Part shown: piece after piece, positions 10,067 to 20,040 of the stretch
Numbering within the stretch: the first letter of the stretch is position 1
Layout of the letters: each line of letters starts with the position of its first letter
Origin: Minisyncoccota bacterium
GTDB taxonomy: Bacteria > Patescibacteriota > Minisyncoccia > Phycocordibacterales > UBA9973
Direction: 5' to 3'
Length of the DNA: 64,000 bases
Assembly (NCBI GenBank): GCA_041662205.1
Contig: JBAZSZ010000001.1
Span: 295,978 to 359,977, forward strand
Notes under the pieces: model-generated
The model's database searches: none
What the model was told of the DNA's origin: nothing
What the model saw: the letters and a program-made list of their open reading frames with translations, nothing else
Program-made: the position numbers and the translations under genes

Positions 10067-12028
10067 TTATTCTAAAATTTTTCTTAAAACATCTTCCGGC
10101 ACTTCTGGTGGATTAGATTTTTGAGACACAGGTGCAGGTGTGGGAGTAATATCCTTTTCTATTTTTCCCGATGTGGCAGTGGCAATCAAATCCTTTAATT
10201 TATTCATATCTTCTGCTGTAGCAGCACGATCATTTTTCATAGGAGGAATAAATTTTTTATTATCTTCATTTTTCTTTTTTAGGGAATCAAGAGAGATTGG
10301 TGCTGGCACAGTTTTATCTTCTACTACTATTTTATTTAAAACATTTTTCAATGACGAAGTATCTCTATTTATTGGATAAGTGGATTTAGGTCTGACAGGG
10401 GCTGGGACTTGTTTTGTGAAAACTTTCTTAAAGGTCTTTATTATTCCTGCAGGTTTTGTTGATACTGGAGCTTGTTGAAATTCGATACCCAAATCAGCTA
10501 ATGGTTTATAAAATTTAGATTCATCATATTTAATTTGATCTTGTCCTCTTTTTTCCACCTTAACTTCTCCAGATTTTATTTTTGCAATACATTCCTTACA
10601 ATAAGCAGCTCGGCCCGGCTCAGGCTTAAAAGGCACAGTTTTTTCTAATTTACAAAGTGAACAAATTACAGGGAATTTTTCTATATTTCCATTTGTAGTA
10701 AAAGTGTCATTACCTAATGACATTCCACTCCATTCATTGATTTCTCGCTCTACCGCCTCGCGGGACCTACAGTAAAGATCACGAGAAGATTTTATTACTT
10801 CTTCTTCCACTTTTTTATCACCGGACTTTACCATGGGCGGCAAGGTCTTAGCAGAAAATGGACGGGAGGTTACACCGTCAATCATTAATTTTAAATAAAT
10901 TTTATAGTTTGGTAAATTTACGATATCAGAAGGAGTAAATTCTGGATCAAATTCTTTTTCTAAAAAATCTGCGTCATCGGAACCAACACGAAAAACTATC
11001 ATTGTACCTACGTTACCAAAGACAGCATCACGCACTGCTGAGCTTTTATCCACCACTAGCTGCGCAGTGTATTGGTGGGCCACGGTTAGATTAAGCCTGT
11101 ACTTTCTAGCCTCAGATAAAATACCAGCAAAAGCATCTGTCACAAAGTTTTGAAATTCGTCCACATATAAATAAAAGTCTTTGCGATGTTCTTCGGGGAT
11201 ACGTACACGCTCCATGGCAGCCAGTTGAATCTTGGTAATGATCATTCCTCCCAAAAGACCAGAGTTGTCTTCACCGATACGCCCCTTAGAAACATTCACG
11301 AGAAAAATCTTCCCGTCATTCATAATATCAAAAATATTAATCGTGCTTTTAGATTGACCCACAACATTACGAATAATAGAGGTAGAAAGAAATTGTCCAA
11401 CCTTATTTTGAATCGGTGCGATAGCTTCATTACGAAATTTATCCTGCCAGGCTTCATACTCATGGACCCAAAAAGCCTTAATCACTGGGTCTTTCAAATT
11501 GGCAATTATTTTCTGACGATAATCTTTGTCCACCAGCATACGAGGAATTCCTAAAAGTGTCGTCCCTGGAGTATCGAGTAATGCTAAAATACAATTATTT
11601 AAAATATATTCCATTCGCGCACTCCAAGCATTCGCCCAGATTTTAGTAAAAATACCCATCAGTCCAGAAGCTACTAGATGTTTATATTGTGGATCAATTA
11701 ATTCTAAAACATTAAAACCGATATGGTAGTCTACATCTGCTGGATTAAAATAAACTACATCCTTCATTCGCTCTGGTGGAATAGCGGAAAGAACTCCTTC
11801 GACGAGTTCTCCATGCGGATCAACCACACAAACTCCCTCACCATTTTTAATGTTCTGAATAATCATATTGAACATCAGGACAGATTTACCTGAACCAGAT
11901 TTCCCTAGAATATAAACATGCTGACGTCTGTCTTTGCGCTTGATACCAAAAAGTTGATTTTTATCACGAAAAGTTGTTAGCCCAAGATAAGTAATGTCTT
12001 TTTTTATAGGCAATTCTGGAAGTTCCAT
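10067..12028 (-). CDS. VirD4/TraG-like ATPase with CxxC-x17-CxxC finger and Pro/Lys-rich tail
   Basis: GKSGSGKS, VVDPHGEL, LYVDEFQN, LSEARKYRL; CSLC-x17-CKEC. Confidence 0.85.
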   Translation of the reverse strand: MELPELPIKKDITYLGLTTFRDKNQLFGIKRKDRRQHVYILGKSGSGKSVLMFNMIIQNIKNGEGVCVVDPHGELVEGVLSAIPPERMKDVVYFNPADVDYHIGFNVLELIDPQYKHLVASGLMGIFTKIWANAWSARMEYILNNCILALLDTPGTTLLGIPRMLVDKDYRQKIIANLKDPVIKAFWVHEYEAWQDKFRNEAIAPIQNKVGQFLSTSIIRNVVGQSKSTINIFDIMNDGKIFLVNVSKGRIGEDNSGLLGGMIITKIQLAAMERVRIPEEHRKDFYLYVDEFQNFVTDAFAGILSEARKYRLNLTVAHQYTAQLVVDKSSAVRDAVFGNVGTMIVFRVGSDDADFLEKEFDPEFTPSDIVNLPNYKIYLKLMIDGVTSRPFSAKTLPPMVKSGDKKVEEEVIKSSRDLYCRSREAVEREINEWSGMSLGNDTFTTNGNIEKFPVICSLCKLEKTVPFKPEPGRAAYCKECIAKIKSGEVKVEKRGQDQIKYDESKFYKPLADLGIEFQQAPVSTKPAGIIKTFKKVFTKQVPAPVRPKSTYPINRDTSSLKNVLNKIVVEDKTVPAPISLDSLKKKNEDNKKFIPPMKNDRAATAEDMNKLKDLIATATSGKIEKDITPTPAPVSQKSNPPEVPEDVLRKILE

Positions 12029-12051
12029 ATACTATACATTTTACAACAAAA

Positions 12052-12095
12052 TTACCAAAACAAAAAGCCCTATAAGGGGCTTTTTGTTTTGGTAA
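12052..12095 (-). terminator. Intrinsic terminator-like hairpin (19-bp stem)
   Basis: ttaccaaaacaaaaagccc-tataag-gggctttttgttttggtaa. Confidence 0.8.
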
Positions 12096-12107
12096 AAGAA
12101 AATTATA

Positions 12108-13322
12108 TTATAACCAAGTAAAATTAGTAGCACTATTATTTAATATCTGCACGGTTAATTTTCCAATCGGATTGGTTCCAAAAGTATTATTAAATTTAAC
12201 TTCCAATGTTGCTACTGTTCCAACTACTGTTATAATTTGAGCATCAATTCCTGCTCCTGCTCCTACACCAGCTGTTGCTTCACCGCTGTCAGTACAAGAT
12301 CCACTCACTGTTCCAGCATTATTTATAAACGCACATACAAAAATTCCACCATGGGATCCAGCGTTTACACCATCAGTTACAGTATAAGTAAATGACATAT
12401 GAACGATAGCTCCAGTATTGGCAGTAGGTAAATTTATTGAATAAATTTGTGTATTTACATTATCCGGCATAGAATAAACTTTATTATGAATCATAAATTT
12501 ATGAATTAGCGCTTGGTCTGCAGTACCACTAGAAGTTCCCATAACTGTCGTAGCTAGGTTTATGTCTGCTGGTTGCGCATTGCCAGTAGATAACCCAGCA
12601 TGCAAATGCAAAGCTCCTCCTGTCTTATTTGTTGATAAAACAGTTGCTCCACCTGCTTGAAGAGTCAAGTTATTTCCAGTAGTATCTGCGATGGTATTTC
12701 TTTCCATCCAAATTGTTCTATCAGCTGTGCCCCCAAGAGAAAATAAATTAGTAGGAGATGTTGTTCCAAAACCAACATTACCATCTTTGAAATAAATACC
12801 GGCAGTTGAAGAAGGACCAATCCAAGATTCAGCCAAAGTAGTTAGAGGGTTAATGAGAGAAAAAGAATTGGTAGCATCAAGACGAGTAATATTCGTGGTA
12901 TCAGATAGATCAGTAGAAGCAATACTAATGTCAGCTGATCCATCAAAAGATACTCCAGCAATATTGCGAGCATTTGTTAGTGTGGCAGCGCTACCTGTTA
13001 TACTTCCGACAATTGGATTAGTAACTTCAAAATCTGTAAACCATCCTTTGGTAAGTCTAGACCCAGTTGTTCCGATAGAACCAGTAGATGTAATATCTTT
13101 AGTACCCATATCCAAGGCACCACCCAACACAACTTTTCCTGTAGTTAAATTATTTCCTATTGTAATGTTTGAAGTTGCACTACTGTTTAATGATAAAGAA
13201 CCATTATTTGTAAGACCTGCAGCATCAAATATAAGATTAGCTTCAGCGGGTAAAACTCCGATTCCAATAACAAAAATCAAAATAACAAAACTTAAATTAA
13301 AATATTCAAATTTATTTTTCAT
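12108..13322 (-). CDS. Secreted Thr/Gly-rich beta-strand surface protein with tail-fibre-like motifs
   Basis: Signal peptide-like N-terminus; ARNIAGVSFDGSADISI and GNVGFGTTSP motifs. Confidence 0.65.
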   Translation of the reverse strand: MKNKFEYFNLSFVILIFVIGIGVLPAEANLIFDAAGLTNNGSLSLNSSATSNITIGNNLTTGKVVLGGALDMGTKDITSTGSIGTTGSRLTKGWFTDFEVTNPIVGSITGSAATLTNARNIAGVSFDGSADISIASTDLSDTTNITRLDATNSFSLINPLTTLAESWIGPSSTAGIYFKDGNVGFGTTSPTNLFSLGGTADRTIWMERNTIADTTGNNLTLQAGGATVLSTNKTGGALHLHAGLSTGNAQPADINLATTVMGTSSGTADQALIHKFMIHNKVYSMPDNVNTQIYSINLPTANTGAIVHMSFTYTVTDGVNAGSHGGIFVCAFINNAGTVSGSCTDSGEATAGVGAGAGIDAQIITVVGTVATLEVKFNNTFGTNPIGKLTVQILNNSATNFTWL

Positions 13323-13401
13323 TTTTTTATTTTAATTAATAATAGATAACAAAAATTATACCATATTTTAATAAAAAAATACTAATTATGGTTTTATTTC
13401 C

Positions 13402-13439
13402 ATCATATTAAAAGCCCCTTAAGGGGCTTTTAATATGAT
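13402..13439 (-). terminator. dnaK terminator, 38-bp perfect palindrome
   Basis: atcatattaaaagcccctt|aaggggcttttaatatgat directly after the dnaK stop. Confidence 0.8.
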
Positions 13440-15356
13440 TTATGCTTTTGATTCTCCGTCTTCAGAAGGTTTTTCTTTAAACTCTGCATCATGGACTTCA
13501 GGTGGTTGTTCTTCGGGAGTCGAAGGTCCTGTACTTGCTGAAGCATCAGTTCCCCCAGCTTTCGCCATCGCCTCCCCTATCTTAGACATTTCGGTAGAGA
13601 GCTCTTCGGTAGCTTTTTTGATCGCTTCTCCATCGGTGCCATCTTTTACCCCTCTCAAAGCAGTTATTTTTGCGTTTACTTCATCTTTTAATTCTACAGG
13701 TATTTTTTCTTCATTCTCTTTAAGAGCTTTTTCGGCAGTATAGATGATCATCTCTGCGGTATTTTTTACTTCTGCATTTTCTTTTTTCTTTTTATCTTCC
13801 TCTGCGTGAAGCTCTGCATCAGCTTGCATTTTTTTAATGTCTTCTTCTTTGAGCCCAGAACTTGCTTCAATTTTAATGGATTGGGTTTTTCCTGAAGCTT
13901 TGTCTTTAGCAGAAACATTTAGAATTCCATTCACATCTACATCAAAAGCAACTTCAATTTGAGGCATTCCGCGAGGTGCTGGTGGCACTCCATCTAAAAT
14001 AAATCTGCCGAGAGATTTATTATCGGACGCCATCGGACGCTCTCCCTGCACAATGTGTATTTCGACAGAAGTCTGATTATCGGCAGCCGTAGAAAATGTT
14101 TGAGATTTACTAGAAGGAATAGTGGTATTTCTTTCAATCAATTTTGTAGCCACTCCTCCCAAAGTCTCAATACCTAATGAAAGCGGTATCACATCGAGAA
14201 GTAATACATCCCGCACATCACCTTGCAACACACCAGCCTGAACGGCTGCACCGAGCGCCACAACTTCATCAGGGTTAATGGACATATTTGGAGCCTTACC
14301 GAAAAGATCTTGCACAGCAGATACAATAGCTGGCATTCTCGTCTGACCACCTACCATGATAATTTCATTTATTTCATTTATTTTGAATGGAGATGCGTCC
14401 AAAGCTCTCTTGGTAATCTTAATAGACAGATCAATATATTCTTTCGCTAGAGATTCCAACATTGCTCGAGACATTTTAAGTAAAAGATGTTTTGGTCCAG
14501 AGCTGTCTGAAGTTATGAATGGTATGTTGATCTCTGTTTCAGTAGTTGTAGAAAGTTCATGCTTAGCTTTTTCAGCAGCTTCTTTTAATCTTTGGTGCGC
14601 TAGAGGATCTTTTATAACATCAATGCCAGACTCTTTTTTATACTCTTCAGCAATCCAAGAAATAATTTTTCTATCAATGTCACCTCCACCCATATGACTG
14701 TCTCCATCGGTAGATTTTACTTCTATCACATCGTCACCTATTTCCAATACAGACACATCAAAGGTTCCTCCACCGAAATCGTATACAACAATCTTTTCAT
14801 TTTTCTTTTTATTAAAACCATAAGCAAGTGCTGCAGCTGTCGGCTCATTGATGATGCGTTTTACGTCAAGGCCAGCAATTGCTCCCGCGTCTTTGGTCGC
14901 TTTTCTTTGCGCATCATTAAAATATGCTGGCACGGTTATTATTGCTTCAGTAATCTTTTCTCCGAGCTTCGCCTCAACATCAGCCTTAATTTTTTGTAAA
15001 ACCATTGCAGAAATTTCTTCCGGTCGATAAAATTTATCTGACATTTTTATTTTTACTCCACCTCCGTCTCCTGTTTCAATTTTAAATGAAGCAGTCTCAC
15101 GATCTTTTTGCACTTCTGGATCATCAAACCTATGCCCCATATAACGCTTTATTTCAGCAATAGTATTTTCTGGATTTGTAACCGCTTGTCTTTTTGCCAG
15201 AAGGCCGACAATACGATCTCCATTTTTTGCAGTCGCCACGACAGAAGGCGTCGTGCGATTACCTTCCACATTCTCCACAATTTTTGGTGCACCACCCTCA
15301 ATGATAGCGACTGCTGAATTTGTTGTACCTAAATCTATACCTATTATTTTACTCAT
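13440..15356 (-). CDS. dnaK: Chaperone DnaK
   Basis: [33 protein letters not shown]. Confidence 0.99.
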   Translation of the reverse strand: MSKIIGIDLGTTNSAVAIIEGGAPKIVENVEGNRTTPSVVATAKNGDRIVGLLAKRQAVTNPENTIAEIKRYMGHRFDDPEVQKDRETASFKIETGDGGGVKIKMSDKFYRPEEISAMVLQKIKADVEAKLGEKITEAIITVPAYFNDAQRKATKDAGAIAGLDVKRIINEPTAAALAYGFNKKKNEKIVVYDFGGGTFDVSVLEIGDDVIEVKSTDGDSHMGGGDIDRKIISWIAEEYKKESGIDVIKDPLAHQRLKEAAEKAKHELSTTTETEINIPFITSDSSGPKHLLLKMSRAMLESLAKEYIDLSIKITKRALDASPFKINEINEIIMVGGQTRMPAIVSAVQDLFGKAPNMSINPDEVVALGAAVQAGVLQGDVRDVLLLDVIPLSLGIETLGGVATKLIERNTTIPSSKSQTFSTAADNQTSVEIHIVQGERPMASDNKSLGRFILDGVPPAPRGMPQIEVAFDVDVNGILNVSAKDKASGKTQSIKIEASSGLKEEDIKKMQADAELHAEEDKKKKENAEVKNTAEMIIYTAEKALKENEEKIPVELKDEVNAKITALRGVKDGTDGEAIKKATEELSTEMSKIGEAMAKAGGTDASASTGPSTPEEQPPEVHDAEFKEKPSEDGESKA

Positions 15357-15443
15357 ATATTTTATATGTTATTTATAATTTAACTTATATTTCGCGACCA
15401 CTAAAAACTTGTATAAATAGAGTATATATGATAGCGTATTAGT

Positions 15444-15950
15444 ATGTCAAGTTATTCCAAAAAAATACTTAAAAAGTTAACTGAAAGACCTGCAATTTCG
15501 ACAAAAGATCTAAAAGAAAAAGATGTAAGAACAACTTATGCCATTTCTCGTGCCTTAAAAAATCTAATAGAAAGCAAATGTGCTGAAATTCATGAATCAG
15601 GAAGACAAGATTATGTAAAAATTACTCCGCTTGGAAAAAATAAATTAAATACCTTGCTCTTAGAAAATGACGAAGCATTAGTCCCGCAAAATTGGGATGG
15701 ATTTTGGCGAATTATTTTACTAGACCTGCCAGAAAACAGAAAGGCTGAACGTGAATCTCTACGTTATCTTCTTAAAAAAGCTGGCTTCGTTTGTTTAAAA
15801 AATTCTGCGTGGATTTCCCCTTTCCCTTTTGAACATTTATTTACAAATATAAAGCGTGACCTAGACCTCACCACAGAAATGATGATCATCGTCACAGAAA
15901 ATATTGACGAAGAAAGTAAAAAAGTTTTATTTGAAACTTTCGGAAAATAA
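15444..15950 (+). CDS. PaaX-like winged-HTH regulator with Cas2-like C-terminal domain
   Basis: KITPLGK wing, WDGFWRIILLDLPE..R, GFVCLKNSAWISP. Confidence 0.75.
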   Translation: MSSYSKKILKKLTERPAISTKDLKEKDVRTTYAISRALKNLIESKCAEIHESGRQDYVKITPLGKNKLNTLLLENDEALVPQNWDGFWRIILLDLPENRKAERESLRYLLKKAGFVCLKNSAWISPFPFEHLFTNIKRDLDLTTEMMIIVTENIDEESKKVLFETFGK

Positions 15951-16013
15951 AAAATCTTTTAATAAACTATCCACAGGCTTACCTGCCTACGGCAGTGCCA
16001 AAGGCGACCAGGG

Positions 16014-17756
16014 CTAGTAAATCTCCTGTTGATAGCATTTTTCACAATAAACTATCTCTGGCCTCTCAGGCGCATAACTCGTTTCAAATTCTATTTCACA
16101 TTTACTTTCGTGAGTATGATTTTCTTTTTCACACATACAAGTTCTTTTCCATAATTTCCATGCTGGTAATTGATAAAACCTTTCATAATATCTACAATTG
16201 GGACACAAAATCGGGAGCGGTATTTTATTTTTCTTATAAAAATCAAGTTCAAAATTTGCTAAACGAAAAGCGATATTGCATTGATGAATACAACTTCCCT
16301 TGTGTGCACATTCTAATACTTCTCCTAAAATTTTATCATCTACTTCATCTATTGTATCGGGAATATTTTCTACAGGTATGGTAATCTGGAAATTCTTTAC
16401 ATCTTGCTCTAACCATCGATAACCGTTTTTTTCTACTTCTGTTTTAGTCATTGGATTAATTTCTTGGGCAAAAGTTTCGTTGTAAGCAAAAGGACAGACT
16501 TCTATAGGAAAAAATTCTCCATATTTATAAACTCTACCCGCCTTGTCCACAAAAGGTATATTTTCCATTTGTTTTATAATTTCTAAGCGAAGTTTATCAA
16601 ATTCATCTTTTGAACAAATTTTATTGAAAATTACATTTTCTTTATTTCTTATTCCAATACAACCAAATAAATTTGAGCTATTAATACAAGAATCAGTATA
16701 CTCCACATTGCTGACAGAACTAAAAGCGGAATGAGAAAATTTCACATTATAATCATTTAGAGATCCAGTAACATATTCATACATCAATTCTGACTTCATT
16801 GCCTGAGAAGAATCCATGGAATCCTTAAAAGACTCCAATACTCTATAACAGTATTTCAAATTTTCCGCATTGTAAACATCAAAACAATTTTGACAATTTT
16901 TTACATTTGAAAGATTATTTCCAGTAGCGTTTACTGAACGTACAATGTTAGTAAAACGATAAATAGATTTTTCTTTTATTTCTTTAAATTCCTTAAGAAA
17001 AACTTCCAGAGAATCCCTGCTTGATAAATTTAATCTTTCTTTTTCTTTTAAATATTCTTCTTTTGAATACTGCTTATTGCGAATATAAAATTCTTTATTA
17101 CGTAAATTGTAAGAAAGTAAGCAATTGCTACAGTTTACACAATCAACTAAAAAATAAGAATCTAAACAATTTTTTGAAAGTAATAAATACTGACAATTGT
17201 AATTTTTCTCACTTTGAATATTCTCATATAAATTTTGCCCTTCGTTAATATTTAAGCAATCAATAATGTCCGTAGACTTATCTACATTCTTTGAATAAAA
17301 AACATTTTCTGAACCCTTAACGACCGAAAATGATAAATAAACATTCTTAGACTCACCCGCATAATTTGTATAATCAGAGTTAATTACATTTCTATGCCAC
17401 AAAGCTAATCGAGGCACGACATTCATTAATTTATTAAATTGCTCAAAAAATGGTCTAGAAAAATCATAATCTCTACTAAAAGAAGTGGCTTCCCAACCAT
17501 CTCCAAACCAACATTCTCGACAATATACAGGGAAAGGCACGGATTCATGGTACATTGAAATAATGTTTTTCTTACACAAATCACATTTACGTTTATATAA
17601 AGTTCTTTCATTACGCCAAGCCATTCTCCTTTGCAACCTACACCAAGGACAAAAAGTAGGTGCGGGAACTTGTATCTTTTTGTAATAATTAAAATCTTCT
17701 GGCTCTATTTTAAAGTCTTTTTTGCAATTCTGGCAATTTTTAGTTTCACTTTTCAT
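16014..17756 (-). CDS. Cys-rich multi-zinc-ribbon repeat protein, paralog 3
   Basis: CQNC-x24-CPWC, CDLC-x17-CREC, NKQYSKEEY, EIVYCEKCYQQEIY. Confidence 0.85.
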   Translation of the reverse strand: MKSETKNCQNCKKDFKIEPEDFNYYKKIQVPAPTFCPWCRLQRRMAWRNERTLYKRKCDLCKKNIISMYHESVPFPVYCRECWFGDGWEATSFSRDYDFSRPFFEQFNKLMNVVPRLALWHRNVINSDYTNYAGESKNVYLSFSVVKGSENVFYSKNVDKSTDIIDCLNINEGQNLYENIQSEKNYNCQYLLLSKNCLDSYFLVDCVNCSNCLLSYNLRNKEFYIRNKQYSKEEYLKEKERLNLSSRDSLEVFLKEFKEIKEKSIYRFTNIVRSVNATGNNLSNVKNCQNCFDVYNAENLKYCYRVLESFKDSMDSSQAMKSELMYEYVTGSLNDYNVKFSHSAFSSVSNVEYTDSCINSSNLFGCIGIRNKENVIFNKICSKDEFDKLRLEIIKQMENIPFVDKAGRVYKYGEFFPIEVCPFAYNETFAQEINPMTKTEVEKNGYRWLEQDVKNFQITIPVENIPDTIDEVDDKILGEVLECAHKGSCIHQCNIAFRLANFELDFYKKNKIPLPILCPNCRYYERFYQLPAWKLWKRTCMCEKENHTHESKCEIEFETSYAPERPEIVYCEKCYQQEIY

Positions 17757-17757
17757 A

Positions 17758-19434
17758 TCAAGCTATATTTTGTTTATAACATTCTTCGCAAGCAATTTTC
17801 TGGTATCCCCATTCCGGCAAATAATATGCATCGACATCCTTTTTACAATAAAAACATTTATATTGATGTGCTTGCAAGATAGTCAAATATTTCAAACTAT
17901 TTTTTATTCGCACATCAAAATGATAACGTGGAAGTGGGATATTATTTTCTTTGTAAAAAGAAAGTTCATTTTGGGCAATATTGAAACGCCAGCCCGTTTC
18001 AGGGCAAATCAGTGCCTGAGTGATGATAGTATTCGGAACGTCTTTGATATCGTCAGGCAACTCCGCTGTAGGCATGCCGTCTACATGACTCTCTGTGACA
18101 TCCTCCCAATAACCGCCAAATTTTAAAATATCTTCTTTTTTAGTTTCTGGAAAATACAGAAAAGCAGTAGAAAAATTAAAAGGTCCCAAGCTCATGGAAT
18201 AAGGTAAAAATTTCCCATATTCTCCACTCTTTTTCATATCAGAAATTATCTTATTTTTTAAAGTTTCATATTCTTCTTTACTATACTGTTTGTTTAAAAT
18301 ACAATATTTCTTTTTCCCCAAACCCACACAACCAAAACAATATTCACATTCAAGACATAGATCTAAATATTCAGAATATCTTGAGGACGACCAACTGGAA
18401 TATTTGAGAGCATAACCACTTGGTTGGCAGGAACTACAATTGCCTGATACTTCTAAATACTGACAACCATTTATGTCGACGCAAGACTCTAATCCTGTGC
18501 CTCTGATACAGTTAGAGCAATCCTTAGAATCAGAGATTGTGAAACAATTTTGGCAATTTTTACAATCAATTAAGTAATCGCCAATGGAATTGAAAACTTT
18601 TAAATTGAAGTTCGGTCTATGCGCCACCTCATTTTTAATTATTTCTTTAAAATGTTTTTTAAGTTTTTGAATAGAATCATAAGAACCAAGATTAAATAAT
18701 TGGATTTTTTTATCATATTCCTCCTTAGAATACTGCACATTTTCTATACAATAGGATTTATTGCGAAGATTCCAACACATAAAACAATTTTGACAGTTTC
18801 GGCAATCATATAAAAAACTTGATTGTATGCAATCGCGGGAATGTTTCGAATAAAAAAGTTTGTAGGAATGATGACATTCAGAAGAATCAAAACATTTTTC
18901 ACTATTATAACAAACAACCACATCAATAGAATTTTTTACCCCTATATTCCTATATGAATAAAATAAATTTTCGCAATCTACCATTGAACGAGAAAGATAA
19001 CTATCCTTACAATTCCAAACATCATCACACCAATCACAACCTGTACTTTTAATACCATCTTGATGCGGACGAGGAACTTTCTCTTGAAGATTTTGTAATT
19101 GCTCAAAAAATAATTTTTTTTCGTCATAGTCTGCCCCATAATCCATCGCGTCCCACTTGTCGCTATACCACTCATTTAAAGTGTAAATCGGATATCTAGT
19201 CTTCTCTGGTAAAACGGTAATTAAACTTTCTCCAGAGAGATCTGATTTACCCCTGCGAAATTTTCCAAACATCCAAAAAGATAAATGTAATTTTACTCGA
19301 CAAAAAAAACAAAGTGTCGGTAATTCAATATCAACTTTTTTATATAAAGATAATTCTTCTTCTGTAATTAAGAAGTCTCGTTTGCAGTGTTCACAAACTC
19401 TAGTTTGCAGGTCCTTTGTATTCATATACATCAA
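17758..19434 (-). CDS. Cys-rich multi-zinc-ribbon repeat protein, paralog 4 (most divergent)
   Basis: CEHC-x24-CFFC; two QYSKEEY motifs; ends CEECYKQNIA; overlaps the 3' end of grpE. Confidence 0.85.
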   Translation of the reverse strand: MMYMNTKDLQTRVCEHCKRDFLITEEELSLYKKVDIELPTLCFFCRVKLHLSFWMFGKFRRGKSDLSGESLITVLPEKTRYPIYTLNEWYSDKWDAMDYGADYDEKKLFFEQLQNLQEKVPRPHQDGIKSTGCDWCDDVWNCKDSYLSRSMVDCENLFYSYRNIGVKNSIDVVVCYNSEKCFDSSECHHSYKLFYSKHSRDCIQSSFLYDCRNCQNCFMCWNLRNKSYCIENVQYSKEEYDKKIQLFNLGSYDSIQKLKKHFKEIIKNEVAHRPNFNLKVFNSIGDYLIDCKNCQNCFTISDSKDCSNCIRGTGLESCVDINGCQYLEVSGNCSSCQPSGYALKYSSWSSSRYSEYLDLCLECEYCFGCVGLGKKKYCILNKQYSKEEYETLKNKIISDMKKSGEYGKFLPYSMSLGPFNFSTAFLYFPETKKEDILKFGGYWEDVTESHVDGMPTAELPDDIKDVPNTIITQALICPETGWRFNIAQNELSFYKENNIPLPRYHFDVRIKNSLKYLTILQAHQYKCFYCKKDVDAYYLPEWGYQKIACEECYKQNIA

Positions 19435-19987
19435 CCCTCGCTGCGCGAATTACGCGCTCGCCTAGTTTGTAGCCTTTTTGAATTACATTTGCAACTTTGT
19501 GTTCTAACTCTTTTTTGTCTGTTTCTACCACATCAATAGATTGATGAATATTTGGATCAAAACTCTCTCCTACCTCGCCCATGGATTTAACCCCATATTC
19601 CTCAAAAATTGTATTCATCTGCGCGTAAATATATTCCACACCCTTTCGCCAATTTTCATCCACTTTCTCCCAAGCTTCCTTGTTCGCAAAAGCCATATTA
19701 AAACTATCAATCACAGAAAGGAAGCGAGTCAAAATCCTCTCTCGCATTGCCTCTGAAAAAAGTGCTTTTCTATCTTCTTCTTGTTTACGGTAATTCACAA
19801 AGTCCGCTCGCTCTTTTTGCCAACCAGTCAAATATTCTTCCTTTTCGGCCTTGCACGCCTTCAGATCGGCTCTAAATTTCTTTAAAGTTTTCTTTAAATC
19901 CTCTTCTCCATCTTCATTGAATTCAAACTCTAAAACTTCAGAAGTGTCTTCTTTTGGTTCTTCTTTTTTTTCTTCTTCGTCTGACAT
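19400..19987 (-). CDS. grpE: Nucleotide exchange factor GrpE
   Basis: ADFVNYRK, FDPNIHQS, QKGYKLGERVIRAARV. Confidence 0.96.
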   Translation of the reverse strand: MSDEEEKKEEPKEDTSEVLEFEFNEDGEEDLKKTLKKFRADLKACKAEKEEYLTGWQKERADFVNYRKQEEDRKALFSEAMRERILTRFLSVIDSFNMAFANKEAWEKVDENWRKGVEYIYAQMNTIFEEYGVKSMGEVGESFDPNIHQSIDVVETDKKELEHKVANVIQKGYKLGERVIRAARVDVYEYKGPAN

Positions 19988-20006
19988 ATATTGTTTATCT
20001 TAACAT

Positions 20007-20036
20007 AAAAATACCCCTATTTTCAAGGGGTATTTT
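20007..20036 (-). terminator. Terminator after rpsI
   Basis: aaaatacccct-attttca-aggggtatttt. Confidence 0.7.
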
Positions 20037-20040
20037 AGAA

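Noticed and set aside
5028-12028. Integrative conjugative element
   Set aside because: No integrase, relaxase, VirB4 or att repeats; genes are embedded in and coupled to the chaperone operon
12108-13322. Prophage, from tail-fibre-like and baseplate-like motifs
   Set aside because: No terminase, capsid, portal or integrase; the proteins have signal peptides or TM anchors
12853-15317. Antisense ORFs over dnaK and the surface gene, and similar shadow ORFs throughout
   Set aside because: Opposite-strand or off-frame shadows of well-supported genes with no recognisable motifs
6609-19434. Diversity-generating retroelement among the Cys-rich paralogs
   Set aside because: No reverse transcriptase; the similar 3' ends differ mainly at synonymous positions rather than adenine-specifically
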